In this document: piece after piece, positions 27,271 through 41,000 of the stretch | Numbering within the stretch: the stretch's first letter is position 1 | How the letters are laid out: the number at the start of each line of letters is the position of its first letter | NCBI GenBank assembly: GCA_964016885.1 | Contig: OZ024742.1 | Span: 13,020,001 to 13,084,000 of the forward strand | Length of the DNA stretch: 64,000 nt | From: Eledone cirrhosa | Lineage: Eukaryota | Direction: 5' to 3' | Position numbers and translations under genes: made by a program | The notes under the pieces: generated by a model | What the model saw: the letters and a program-made list of their open reading frames with translations, nothing else | Database searches by the model: none | Told to the model about the DNA's origin: nothing

Positions 27271-30200
27271 CGTACTTGTAATTTCCTAACTAGTTGTGTT
27301 CTTTCTGTTCCTGTGAAGCCTAGCTTCTCAAGATTTGTATTGTGGCAGTTACTAACATATCCAAGTGCCCCAATAATCACAGGCATAAATCTGAAGGTGT
27401 AATCAGGGTGGAGTACCTGCAGATTTCTCATCAGTTCTGCATAAATATTCTCCTTTTCGCTAATCTTTGATATTATATTGGCATCTGCTGGGCAGCTAAC
27501 TTCCACTACTGTGCATGCTTTCTTCTACCTGTCCCATATCATAATATCTGGTCCGTTATGCCTGCATTTTATTGGCGTTTTTACAGGAACATTCCACCAG
27601 TACTCTTTCATATTATGTACGTGGATGTCTTCCACATTGCTGTAGCTTTTAATGTGTTTATTATCGGGGCTATCTTTTTTCCGGACTGCATTGGACAGTG
27701 TTTTGGCCACTACATCATGCCTCATGGGTAGATAGTACCGCGATGACATTTTTCGACAGCTGCTTATGACATGGGTGATATCCTCGATGTTAGTTCTGCA
27801 GAGTCTGTACTTGTTATCACATCTAGGTGTTTTGCCTGCATCCCTATCTCTTTTGTGAATCAGGTATTTCGTGTTAATCTCTTGTTCTTGGATTGCAAAA
27901 GCGTATCCTTCAAAGTGGGAGCAAATATAGCGGTTGTTGGTCCAAGATAGACTACTTTCCTTATCTATATTACTCTCACTCTGGAGCTTCCTGGCAACGT
28001 ATCAATGCATGATTTTTTGCTGATAAGCATGCAGTTTTTCATCCATGGACTCACTGCGATACTGCTGAGCGACTTCTCTGGGTGTGAGTGTTTGGTTATC
28101 ACACAGGGAATATCTCTCGAGGAGTTCCTTCCCAACTCTCATGATCTTATCTGTTTCATCTTAGCTGTTTCAGCTATAATTTGCCCTATCTTAAAAAAAG
28201 GCGACAAAGACCCGTGAGCCTCACCTCAATCGTCTGTAAAGCCTTGGAATCTCTAATTAAGCGGGCAATTATGGCTCATCTTGCTACTTTCACTGCCATC
28301 TCTCCATCTCAACACGGTTTCATCCCGAAACGTTCCTGTCTTACAAACCTACTCGTGATGGAAGAATGGGTGAGGAGAATAATAGACGATGGAGATGCGG
28401 CCGATATTATCTTTCTCGGCTTCGCAAAAGCCTTTGACTCTGTCAACCACCGCCTGCTCCTGCATAAGCTCAGCAACTATGGTCTCCATGATTCGATTAT
28501 AAAGTGGATTGGATCATTCCTTGAGGGTCGTACTTGCAGAGTTCGGATCAATGGTAGTCTGTCATCGGGGGTGGGTGTAGGCAGCGGCGTTCCCCAGGGC
28601 TCTGTGTTGGGCCCAATTCTCTTCCTTCTATACATCAACGACATGCCGGACGTGATTGGTGGAAACATGGTGAAAAGATGTTGTGAACATGGTAGCCCGT
28701 AGGAGCGAGATCGACAATCTCAAGTCCAGCCTCCAGCGCGCCTGGAGTTGGTCCATTGACTGGGATTTATACCTCAATGACGATAAGTGTTGCCATATGG
28801 AAGTGGGTACACCTTATAACTCAGCTCTTACCTTCAACGGTGGCACTGCTCCTTTGAAGGAGGTTGAGGAGACTAAAGATCTTGGTCTGCTGGTCGACTC
28901 GTCCGTCAAACCAAAACATTGCATTCAAGCCGCAAACAAGGCAAGGAGCTCTCTTTTTCTTGACGCTCCTTTGCCAAACTTACTCCAGAAATGTTCAGGC
29001 CTCTCTATGTCGCCCTCGTGAGACCGCACCTAGAATATGGCATCCAAGCATTAAACCCATATCTCATCCGGCATATCCATCACTTTGAGAGAGTTCAACG
29101 ATTAGCGACTCGAATGGTACAGGGTCTTCATGAGCTGCCTTACGAAAGCCGGCTGCAGAAGCTGAACCTCTTCTCCTTGGAGCGTCGACGGCTAAGAGGC
29201 GATCTCATCTTGGCTTACAATCTCTTCAATGGCCATTACGATCTCCCTCAAGATCTCCTCTTCACTCCGGCACTTGAAAGGGGTCTACTTGGACATGACA
29301 AAAAGCTGTTTCACCGCTGCTTTCGCCTAAATAGACGGAAAGCTGCTTTCTCGATCCGCATCTCTGGACCCTGGAATCGGCTTCCAGAAGAAGTAGTCAA
29401 CGCGTCAACCACGCAACAATTGAAGGCGAAATTGGACCGGTGTTGGACCACTGTGTTTCCGATTGTGTAAATTTTGCCCCCCTTCCCTCCTTACATGGCA
29501 TCTTAAGCATCTATCTTTTAATTTCTGCCAAATATATTGAATTGAATTGAATCATGCAGATAGACTTGCTCGAGAGACAGGCTCCTACGCTTCGAGGTTC
29601 GTAGAAGTTGTCGGAGGGATATGATGGGACATTCAAATGCTGTCTGGACTGATGTTAGGCCTCTGCCTCCCTGCTTATGTTTCAAGTAAAGGCGGTCTAT
29701 GTCACTGTTGATGTGGAAGTTTTCGGTGTTGTTTACTATTTTTCGAGTTCCAACAGCAACTGCTCGGATTTCGTCTATCGTCGAATTGAGTATTCCAAAC
29801 GTTGGTGTTAGGACAGGCACAGCAAACACATTGTGAGCCACTGTTTTGTTTTGCGCAGAGAGTTCCGATGACCGAATCTTTCTTAATCGGGTGTAGTATT
29901 CCCTGGTTACGCGTTCCTTATTACAGATACCATTATAGGATATGTTCTCATCTATCCCCAGGTATCTGTAGCAGTCATCATCAGATTATTGGTGAAACAG
30001 TTAGACCATTGATGACAATGTTGCTAGATTGGGTTTTTGTTTTCCCCGCTTTAGAGTCATGTATGAGCATTTATCTTGGCCAAACTCTATTCCTATATCC
30101 TTTGAGAACGTTGTAACCAGGTCAAGATTTTCTTCATCCCATCCATGTTCTTGGCATAGTTTCAGATCGTCCACCAAGAAATTATGAGTTAGGTTCGTAT

Positions 30201-31960
30201 TTCTGTCCTCCTGTGAGCCAATGATGTATCCCTCACATTTCTTGAGCAGAAAGGACAAGGGGTTTAATGACAAGATGAACAATATCACAGAGAGACTGTC
30301 TCCCTGAAATATACTCCTGTGATATTTTATTTTATCAGTGAAAATAGAGTCCTCCCTCTCTGTCTTTAACCTTAGGATGGTAGCCCAAGAAGAAGACAGC
30401 TTCTCTATTGCTCTGACAATAATGTCTGGGACTTTAGCAAGTTGGAGGGCCTCTATCATCCAAGAGTGGGGAACAGAATCGAAAGCTTTCCTGTAGTCCA
30501 GCCAGACTGTAGCCATATTCCTCCTAAGTTCTCGCACGTCCGACATCGCAGTTTTGTTGATTAGGAGTTGTTCAATACATCTCCAAACCCCTTTCTTTCC
30601 AGCTGCTTGTTCATCTGTGATGATGTTATTATTTTCACAGTGATCTTGGAGGAATAGGTTCAGGCAGGCTGTATACATCTTATACATCAGGTTGTGGCAT
30701 GCAATGGGTCGGTAGTTTTTTGCCAAGTGGGTGTCTTTGTTCTTGGGGACCAGTAATGTTTGTGCTAATTTCAACCATTCTGGTATAAGTGTATCTCCCT
30801 TAAGAACTTGTTGGTAGAGGTCAGTAAGATACCTCCGATAGAATTTCAGTTTTTTGTACCAGTAGCCGACAATCAAGTCTCTTCCTGGTGTTTTCTTATC
30901 TTGGAGTTTTCCTATCACAGTCTCAAGGGTACTCTCTGTTAATATCTCTGCTATCACCAAGATAATGCTTCACTGTCGTTGCTAAGGCATATAAACAGGC
31001 GTTGATTTGCCAAAATGTTGTAAATATCCGTCGTAAATATTCATCCCCTATTTCGCCAATAACACGTAATATTTCATTATTTGTTTTTTTATTAAATATT
31101 GTCGTTTTAATACGTTCAGCAAGAGAGATATTTATACATCAATTCATTTCTCTCTGGAAGATTTCGTTGAGGGAAATTTTCAATTGTTTATACTTTTGAT
31201 TATTATCATTATCGATAGTATTTTCCACAACAGTTGAGGTAGACTCGGATGGTACACGTGGTGTCAAATTTCTTCGATTATTATTATTATCGATAGTGTT
31301 TTCCCAGCATTCGAGGGTAGACTTAGATGGTACAGGCGGTGTCAAGTTTCTTACAGGCATAGTTGTTTCAAGGCGCTGTTCAACCTAGCTGCTAGGAAGT
31401 CTAGTAGCATGGCGACCTGTAGCACGTGTTGTTGATCCCATGTGTTGTGGGGGACTTATAATTAATAATATTTATCTTATTTTTACGTTCAACAAACGTC
31501 GCTTGTTGGCGCTTGTTGGCGTAATTTAGCTCTAGGTGCATTTCGTCCCAGTGTAGCTTCATTTTATTCATATAGCCAATGGAGGGATTGTTTTTTGCCA
31601 TTTTATAACAATTAAATAAATCATCATTAAGTTCGCAACTCCAAGAGAAATGTGATTTATAATTTCGGTTTCTTTTGTAGCTACAACTGAATAAAGTTTG
31701 TTTACCTTTCGATACCTCCTTAATTTTGTTGATGTTGTGTTCAGCCATGCTGTTTGTAGCAAATCCTTGTAAAATGAATTATGTATTTAGTCGGATATCT
31801 CTACGAATTCGAATAAAAGGTTTCTTAGAAGATACAGTTAGAAGAGAACCAGTTATTCAACATAACTGTAGTTGTGGCATTACTGTCGGAGATAGTATTC
31901 ATCTTAAATTTAATAAATAGTCTCCCACGCCAAAATATGCGACTGATCGCGTTGACTGTG
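27271..31960 (-). mobile_element. R4/Dong-type non-LTR retrotransposon (RT + CCHC + restriction-like endonuclease), degenerate, interrupted by a LINE
   Basis: RT 30001-30960 (NYRPIAC, DYRKAFDSVPH, IFQGDSLS, LVDDLK); LYLK..QGGRGL; RHDVVA; PDIMIWDR, EVSCP, PVIIGALG; N-terminal WSCELN..CY..GY..W motif. Confidence 0.88.
28161..29550 (+). mobile_element. 5'-truncated CR1-like LINE (RT and 3' end) inserted into the R4 element
   Basis: RPVSLTS, QHGF..RSCLTNL, AKAFDSVNH, GVPQGSVLGP, YIND, RPHLEY, LERRRLRGDL, WNRLP; (ATTGA)n tail; flanking atc/atc rejoins R4 frame VYLHD-ETDKIMR. Confidence 0.92.
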
Positions 31961-31961
31961 T

Positions 31962-31993
<32 letters not shown>

Positions 31994-32004
31994 TGTATGT
32001 TTTT

Positions 32005-32613
32005 TTTCCTTCCCCTAGAATTCTGCTTTGACAAAGGCTCAGGGATCATCTCTCCCGGTGATTTTGGATGGCCATTGACTCTTTGACAGGTTTTGTTTTT
32101 AGTCCTGCAGGATGTCCAAAGTCACCCTCCTCACCAAGAAACCTTGGTGGGGTTGCCAGTTTAGTTGCCAACGACCCGACCATGAGATATAACACCTGCA
32201 ACCCTGATGGTATCCAATGATGTTGACTTGTTCTTCTTTTTTGGTAAATATCATCTTGGTTAAGAGAGTGGGACTGACTTTGTGCAGTGCCTTTGCTCCC
32301 TATAAAAGCTTCACGGCACAGGCATTGCTTTATATCTGGAAATCTCTCTGCACTTGTCGTCACATGGTACCATGGGCCCAGCACTATGTGTCAATAATTG
32401 TCACAAGTGTAGTGTTTGTACCAGAGTTTTCAAGTCGCTGGCTGGACTAAAAAGTCACACTCGTTCAGCGCATCGATATGGGTTCTCCTACATGGATATA
32501 AAGTAGTGGCCGTACTCGAAAACGAGTTGGCAGCCACCATGTATGTATGTACGCATGTATGTATGCATGCATGTATGTATGTATGCATGTATGCTTGTAT
32601 GTATGTATGTATG

Positions 32614-32644
<31 letters not shown>

Positions 32645-32660
32645 GCATGTATGTATGTAT
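32005..32660 (+). mobile_element. Non-autonomous RTE-like retroposon with inverted head and (TATG)n tail
   Basis: ~32010-32185 is the reverse complement of the head at 20657-20845; 32186-32539 is the body; (TATG)n on both sides. Confidence 0.55.
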
Positions 32661-32752
32661 ATATGTATAAATGTATGTATGTACGTATGTTTATATGAAT
32701 ATGTATGTTAATAATCATTAAGTTTGCTGTATATTTACGAATAGAAAGAGAG

Positions 32753-32809
<57 letters not shown>

Positions 32810-32811
<2 letters not shown>

Positions 32812-33458
32812 TTTTTAATTATAAAATGTAACAAGTAAAGAGATAAACAGCAACAGTAAGGTAAAATGAGTGAAATATATGCACTGGAATGTAAGTTGTA
32901 AAAGTACAGTCTATTTGAAGTGTTACAACTTGAGAATCGTTAGCAGACGACACAAAATATATCAACACAACTTGTTGCTATGTCTCGATGAAAGAGTTTC
33001 TCAAACGAAGCACGACATATATGTGTGTATCTGGGTGGGTATGTGAGTGTGTCTGTGTCTGTGTGTGTGTCTGTGTGTGTGTCTGTGTGTGTGTCTGTGT
33101 GTGGGTGGGTATGTGAGTGTGTCTGTGTGTCTCTGTGTGTGTCTGTGGGTGGGTATGTGAGTGTGCCTATGTGTGTGTCTGTGTGTGTGTGTCTGTGTGT
33201 GTGTCTATGTGTTTTTACAGATTTGCAACGTGTATTGTCTTTAATCATTTGTATAACTACATCCTGTTCAGTGTTTTCCTTCATTATCAACATAGATTTA
33301 TGTGTACAAAGATTGCACTAAATATTCGTTTGCATTAATTATTGAAGACTTCTGCTTATTTTGACGGGTTGGGGACAAATAATGTTCTTCTTTTACTTCC
33401 TAGCTGTATATTCTTAGCATAATTTCAAACCCCGTGCGACGCCGGGTAAATATGCTAG
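32810..33458 (+). mobile_element. Non-autonomous Helitron, 3' terminus
   Basis: GC hairpin cccgtgcgacgccggg (33431-33446), 8 nt, then CTAG|T at 33455-33459; 5' boundary uncertain. Confidence 0.7.
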
Positions 33459-33474
33459 TACATGATAAATGTGA

Positions 33475-33725
33475 GTGTTTATAGATGTGTGTATGTATGT
33501 GTTTATAAATAAATGTGTGTGTATGTATGTGTTTATAGATAAATTGTGTGTGTATGTGTTTATAGATAAATGTGTGTATTTATGTGTTTATAGATAAATG
33601 TGTGTATGTATGTGTTTATAGATAAATGTGTGTATGTATGTGTTTATAGATAAATGTGTGTGTATGTATGTGTTTATAGATAAATGTGTGTATGTATGTG
33701 TTTATAGATAAATGTGTGTGTATGT
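33475..33725. repeat. 28-30 bp minisatellite (gtgtttatagataaatgtgtgtatgtat)n, ~8 copies
   Basis: Direct tandem repetition. Confidence 0.85.
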
Positions 33726-33837
33726 ATGCATGAGTGAGACTGTGTATGTTTGTATTTATATATTATATACATATATATGTATATATATAATATATATATA
33801 TGTGTCTGTGTATTTATATATATATATATATATATAT

Positions 33838-34255
33838 GTAGGAGGTGAGTTTTATTGTAGTACAATAAAGCAATGCAGATATCGGATAAGAAGCACTCTA
33901 CAGTTTGTAGGACTGGAGTATACATAATATATAAGAACAAAAGATGGTTAAAAGGGTTCCATGTATTTTATATGCGCATTTCAAAAACAAATATCATCAT
34001 GCAATAATATTTGTGTTTTCATTAGATAAAAGAGGAAGACATGATATGAAGGTTAAAAAACACTTTTGGATAGTGCAGTTTTATATATGTTGATTTAAAA
34101 CTGCACTATCCACAAGTGTTTTTTAACCTTCATATCATGTCTTCCTGTTTTATCTGATGAAAACACAAATATTATTACATGATGATATTTGTTTTTGAAA
34201 TGCGCATATAAAATACATGGAACCCTTTTAACCATCTTTTGTTCTTATATATTAT
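33838..34255 (-). mobile_element. PLE fold-back (family J, copy 2); HHR at 34148-34213 (+), mutated CTAATGA copy on minus
   Basis: Homologous to 19841-20285 in the opposite orientation. Confidence 0.8.
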
Positions 34256-34789
34256 ATATATATATATATATACATGTCTATATGTATATATATGTGTGTG
34301 TGTGTGTTTGTAAGTGTTTATAAATCAAGCATACATAAATACATATACACGTACATATATATATATATACATACATGCATACATTTATACATAGATACAC
34401 ACGTACATACATACATATACATACATACATACATACATACATACATACATACATACATACATACATACATACATACATACATACATACATACACACTCAT
34501 ACATACATACATACACACTCATACATACATACATACATAACATTTAGTCATTGTGGCATTTCCTCATTGTTCAGAATATGTTACCAAGAAACTTGTGTTG
34601 GTGATTTTAAATGATGTGGTCAAACGGTTCGATATTTGGGTCCCCACCGGGTTTTCTCTTGGAAACGCCGCCTATATATTTGTCTCATCTATGTTGCCCA
34701 TAAGGGGAAGCTTGTCCAATCTTTCAGAGATACCAGTGTTACTCTCGGTTGTGGTTCACTTTGGAACTGCAGTGGTGTGGGCGATGATG

Positions 34790-35085
34790 TGGCCATCACT
34801 AAATTCTAGAGTCTGTCTCGAGGCATTGAGGTTTATTAGCTCGGCATTTATCCTGGTTTCTAAGGTGTTAAGTACAAGACTCCCCTTTGGACAGGACGCC
34901 AGTCCAACACAGGGTTAAACTCCCAGCTATTGTTGCTCGTACTAATTGACAGCTGATTATACTGGAGCAACGTGAAATTAAGTGTTTTACTCAAGAACAC
35001 AATACACAACCCAGTCCAAGAATTGAACCCATGGCGTTATGATCGTAAGTCCAACACCCTTACCACTAGGTCACACCACACCTCC
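34790..35085 (-). mobile_element. tRNA-derived SINE (CORE/Nin-domain-like body), source of the adjacent satellite
   Basis: actggagcaacgtgaaattaagtgttttactcaagaacacaa and ggacaggacgccagtc..cagggtt body (family resemblance from memory), continuous with a tRNA-like head matching the array unit. Confidence 0.8.
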
Positions 35086-38000
35086 ACAACACAACCTAAC
35101 CCAGGAATCAAACCCACGACATTATGATCGTAAGTCCAACACCCTTACCACTAGGCCACACCACCACAACACACAACCCAGGAATCAAACCCACGACATT
35201 ATGATCGTAAGTCCAACACCTTTACCACTAGGCCATACCACACCCCCACAACCCAACCTAACCCAGGAATCAAACCCACGACATTATGATCGTAAGTCCA
35301 ACACCCTTACCACTAGACCGCACCACACCTCAGCAACACAACACAACCCAGGAATCAAACCCACGATATTATGATCGTAAGTCCAACACCCTTACCACTA
35401 GGCCCCACCACACCTCCACAACACACAACCTAGGAATCAAACCCACGATATTATGATCGTAAGTCGAACACCCTTACCACTAGGCCCCACCACACCTCCA
35501 CAACACAACACAACACAGGAATCAAACCCACGATATTATGATCGTAAGTCCAACACCCGTACCTCTAGGTCACACCACACCTCCACAACACACAACCCAG
35601 GAATCAAACCCACGACATTATGATTGTAAGTCGAACACCCTTACCTCTAGGTCACACCACACCTCCACACAACACACAACCCAGGAATCAAACACACGAT
35701 ATTATGATCGTAATTCGAACACCCTTACCTCTAGGTCACACCACACCTCCACACAACACACAACCCAGCAATCAAACCCACGACATTATGATCGTAAGTC
35801 CAACACCCTTACCTCTAGGTCACACCACACCTCCACAACACACAACCCAGGAATCAAACCCACGACATTATGATCGTAAGTCCAACACCCTTACCTCTAG
35901 GTCACACCACACCTCCACACAACACACAACCCAGGAATCAAACCCACGACATTATGATCGTAAGTCGAACACCCTTACCTCTAGGTCACACCACACCTCC
36001 ACACAACACACAACCCAGGAATCAAACACACGATATTTGATCGTAAGTCGAACACCCTTACCACTAGGCCATACCACACCTCCACAACACAACACAACCC
36101 AGGAATCAAACCCACGATATTATGATTGTAAGTCCAACACCCTTACCACTAGGCCCCACCACACCTCCACAACACAACACAACCCAGGAATCAAACCCAC
36201 GATATTATGATCGTAAGTCCAACACCCTTACCACTAGGCCCCACCATACCTCCACAACAGACAACCCAGGAATCAAACCCACGATATTATGATCGTAAGT
36301 CCAACACCCTTACCACAAGGCCCCACCACACCTCCACAACACAACACAACCCAGGAATCAAACCCACGATATTATGATAGTAAGACGAACACCCTTACCA
36401 CTAGGCCCCACCACACCTCCACAACACACAATCCAGGAATCAAACCCACGATATTATGATCGTAAGTCGAACACCCTTACCACTAGGTCACACCACACCT
36501 CCACAACACACAACCCAGGAATCAAACCCACGATATTATGATCGTAAGTCGAACACCCTTACCACAAGGCCAGACCACACCTCCACAACCCAACCTAACC
36601 CATGAATCAAACCCACGATATTATTATCGTAAGTCCAACACCCTTACCACTAGGCCCCACCACACCTCCACAACACAATACAACCCAGGAATCAAACCCA
36701 CGATATTATGATCGTTAGTCGAACACCCTTACCATTAGGCCATACCACACCACCACAAGCCAACCTAACCCAGGAATCAAACCCACGATATTATGATCGT
36801 AAGTCGACCACCCTTACCACTAGGCCATACCACACCACCACAACCCAAACTAACCCAGGAATCAAACCCACGATATTATGATCGTAAGTCGAACACCCTT
36901 ACCACTAGTCCCCACCACACCTCCATAACAGACAACCCAGGAATCAAACCCACGATATTGTGATCGTAAGTCCAACACCCTTACCACTAGGCCCCACCAT
37001 ACCTCCATAACAGACAACCCAGGAATCAAATCGACGATATTATGATCTTAAGTCGAACACCCTTACCACTAGGCCCCACCACACCTCAACAACAGACAAC
37101 CCAGGAATCAAACCCACGATAATATGATCGTAAGTCCAACACCCTTACCACTAGGCCATACCACACCTCCACAACCCAACCTAACCCAGGAATCAAACTC
37201 ACGATATTATGATCGTAAGTCCAACACCCTTACCACTAGGCCCCACCACACCTCCACAACACACAACCCAGGAATCAAACCCACGATATTATGATCGTAA
37301 GACCAACACCCTTACCACTAGGCCCCACCGCACCTCCACAACACACAACCCAGGAATCAAACCCACGATATTATGATCGTAAGTCCAACTCCCTTACCAC
37401 TAGGCCACACCACACCTCCACAACACACAACCCAGGAATCAAACCCACGATATTATGATCGTAAGACCAACACCCTTACCACTAGGCCCCACCGCACCTC
37501 CACAACACACAACCCAGGAATCAAACCCACGATATTATGATCGTAAGTCCAACTCCCTTACCACTAGGCCACACCACACCTCCACAACACACAACCCAGG
37601 AATCAAACCCACGATATTATGATCGTAAGACCAACACCCTTACCACTAGGCCCCACCGCACCTCCACAACACACAACCCAGGAATCAAACCCACGATATT
37701 ATGATCGTAAGTCCAACTCCCTTACCACTAGGCCACACCACACCTCCACAACACACAACCCAGGAATCAAACCCACGATATTATGATCGTAAGTCCAACA
37801 CCCTTACCACTAGGCCATACCACACCTCCACAACCCAACCTAACCCAGGAATCAAACCCACGATATTATGATCGTAAGTCCAACACCCTTACAACTAGGC
37901 CCCACCACACCTCCACAACAGACAACCCAGGAATCAAACCCACGACATTATGATTGTAAGTCGAACAACCTTACCACTAGGTCACACCACACCTCCACAA

Positions 38001-41000
38001 CACACAACCCAGAAATCAAACCCACGACATTATGATCGTAAGTCGAACACCCTTAACACTAGGCCATACCACACCTCCACATCACACAACCCATGAATCA
38101 AACCCACGACATTATGATCGTAAGTCGAACACCCTTACCACTAGGCCACACCACACCTCCACAACACACAACCCAGGAATCAAACCCACGACATTATGAT
38201 CGTAAGTCGAACACCCTTACCACTAGGCCATACCACACCTCCACAACACACAACACAGGAATCGAACCCACGACATTATGATCGTAAGTCGAACACCCTT
38301 ACCACTAGGCCACACCACACCTCCACAACACACAACCCAGGAATCAAATCCACGATATTATGATCGTAAGTCTAACACCCTTACCACTAGGCCTCACAAC
38401 ACCTCCACAACACACAACCCAGGAATCAAATCCACGATATTATGATCGTAAGTCGAACACCCTTACCACTAGGCCATACCACACCTCCACAACACACAAC
38501 ACAGGAATCAAACCCACGATATTATGATCGTAAGTCGAACACCCTTACCACTAGGCCCCACCACACCTCCACAACACACAACCCAGGAATCAAACCCACG
38601 ATATTATGATCGTAAGTCGAACACCCTTACCACTAGGCCATACCACACCTCCACAACCCAACCTAACCCAGCAATCAAACCCACGATATTATGATCGTAA
38701 GTCTAACACCCTTACCACTAGGCCACACCACACCCCCACAACACACAACCCAGGAATCAAACCCACGACATTATGATCGTAAGTCGAACACCCTTACCAC
38801 TAGGCCATACCACACCTCCACAACACACAACCCAGGAATCAAACCCACGATATTATGATCGTAAGTCGAACACCCTTACCACTAGTCCCCACCACACCTC
38901 CACAACACACAACCCAGGAATCAAACCCACGAATTTATGATCGTAAGTCCAACACCCTTACCACTAGGCCACCCCACACCTCCACAACACACAACCCAGG
39001 AATCAAACCCACGATATTATGATCGTAAGTCGAACACCCTTACCACTAGTCCCCACCACACCTCCACAACACACAACCCAGGAATCAAACCCACGAATTT
39101 ATGATCGTAAGTCCAACACCCTTACCACTAGGCCACACCACACCTCCACAACACACAACCCAGGAATCAAACCCACGACATTACGATCGTAAGTCGAACA
39201 CCCTTACCACTAGGCCATACCACATCTCCACAACACACAACCCAGGAATCAAACCCACGATATTATGATCGTAAGTCCAACACCCTTACCACTAGGCCCC
39301 ACCACACCTCCACAACACAACACAACCCAGGAATCAAACCCACGATATTATGATCGTAAGTCCAACACCCTTACCACTAGGTCACACCACACCTCCACAA
39401 CACACAACCCAGGAATCAAACCCACGATATTATGATCGTAAGTCCAACACCCTTACCACTAGGTCACACCACACCTCCACAACACACAACACAGGAATCA
39501 AACCCACGATATTATGATCGTAAGTCCAACACCCTTACCACTAGGTCACACCGCACCTCCACAACACAACACAACCCAGGAATCAAACCCACGATATTAT
39601 GATCGTAAGACCAACACCCTTACCACTAGGCCCCACCACACCTCCACAACACACAATCCAGGAATCAAACCCACGACATTATGATCGTAAGTCCAATACC
39701 CTTACCACTAGGCCCCACCAAACCTCAACAACAGACAACCCAGGAATCAAACCCACGATAATATGATCGTAAGTCCAACACCCTTACCACTAGGCCATAC
39801 CACACCTCCACAACCCAACCTAACCCAGGAATCAAACTCACGATATTATGATCGTAAGTCCAATACCCTTACCACTAGGCCCCACCACACCTCCACGATA
39901 TTATGATCTTAAGTCCAACACCCTTACCACTAGGCCATACCACACCTCCACAACACACAACCCAAGAATCAAACCCACGATATTATGATCGTAAGACCAA
40001 CACCCTTACCACTAGGCCCCACCGCACCTCCACAACACACAACCCAGGAATCAAACCCACGATATTATGATCGTAAGTCCAACTCCCTTACCACTAGGCC
40101 ACACCACACCTCCACAACAGACAACCCAGCAATCAAACCCACGATATTATGATCGTAAGTCCAACTCCCTTACCACTAGGCCACACCACACCTCCACAAC
40201 ACACAACCCAGAAATCAAACCCACGACATTATGATCGTAAGTCGAACACCCTTAACACTAGGCCATACCACACCTCCACATCACACAACCCATGAATCAA
40301 ACCCACGACATTATGATCGTAAGTCGAACACCCTTACCACTAGGCCACACCACACCTCCACAACACATAACCCAGGAATCAAACCCACGACATTATGATC
40401 GTAAGTCGAACACCCTTACCACTAGGCCATACCACACCTCCACAACACACAACACAGGAATCAAACCCACGACATTATGATCGTAAGTCGAACACCCTTA
40501 CCACTAGGCCACACCACACCTCCACAACACACAACCCAGGAATCAAACCCACGACATTATGATCGTAAGTCGAACACCCTTACCACTAGGCCACACCACA
40601 CCTCCACAACACAACACAATCCAGGAATCAAACCCACGATATTATGATCGTAAGTCCAACACCCTTACCACTAGGCCACACCACACCTCCACAACACAAC
40701 ACAACCCAGGAATCAAACCCACGATATTATGATCGTAAGTCCAACACCCTTAACACTACGCCATACCACACCTCCACATCACACAACCCACGAATCAAAC
40801 CCACGACATTATGATCGTAAGTCGAACACCCTTACCACTAGGCCACACCACACCTCCACAACACACAACCCAGGAATCAAACCCACGACATTATGATCGT
40901 AAGTCGAACACCCTTACCACTAGGCCATACCACACCTCCACAACACACAACCCAGGAATCAAACCCACGATATTATGATCGTAAGTCCAACTCCCTTACC

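Noticed and set aside
34553-34918. 121-aa ORF before the SINE
   Set aside because: No recognisable domain; its 3' part is antisense SINE body
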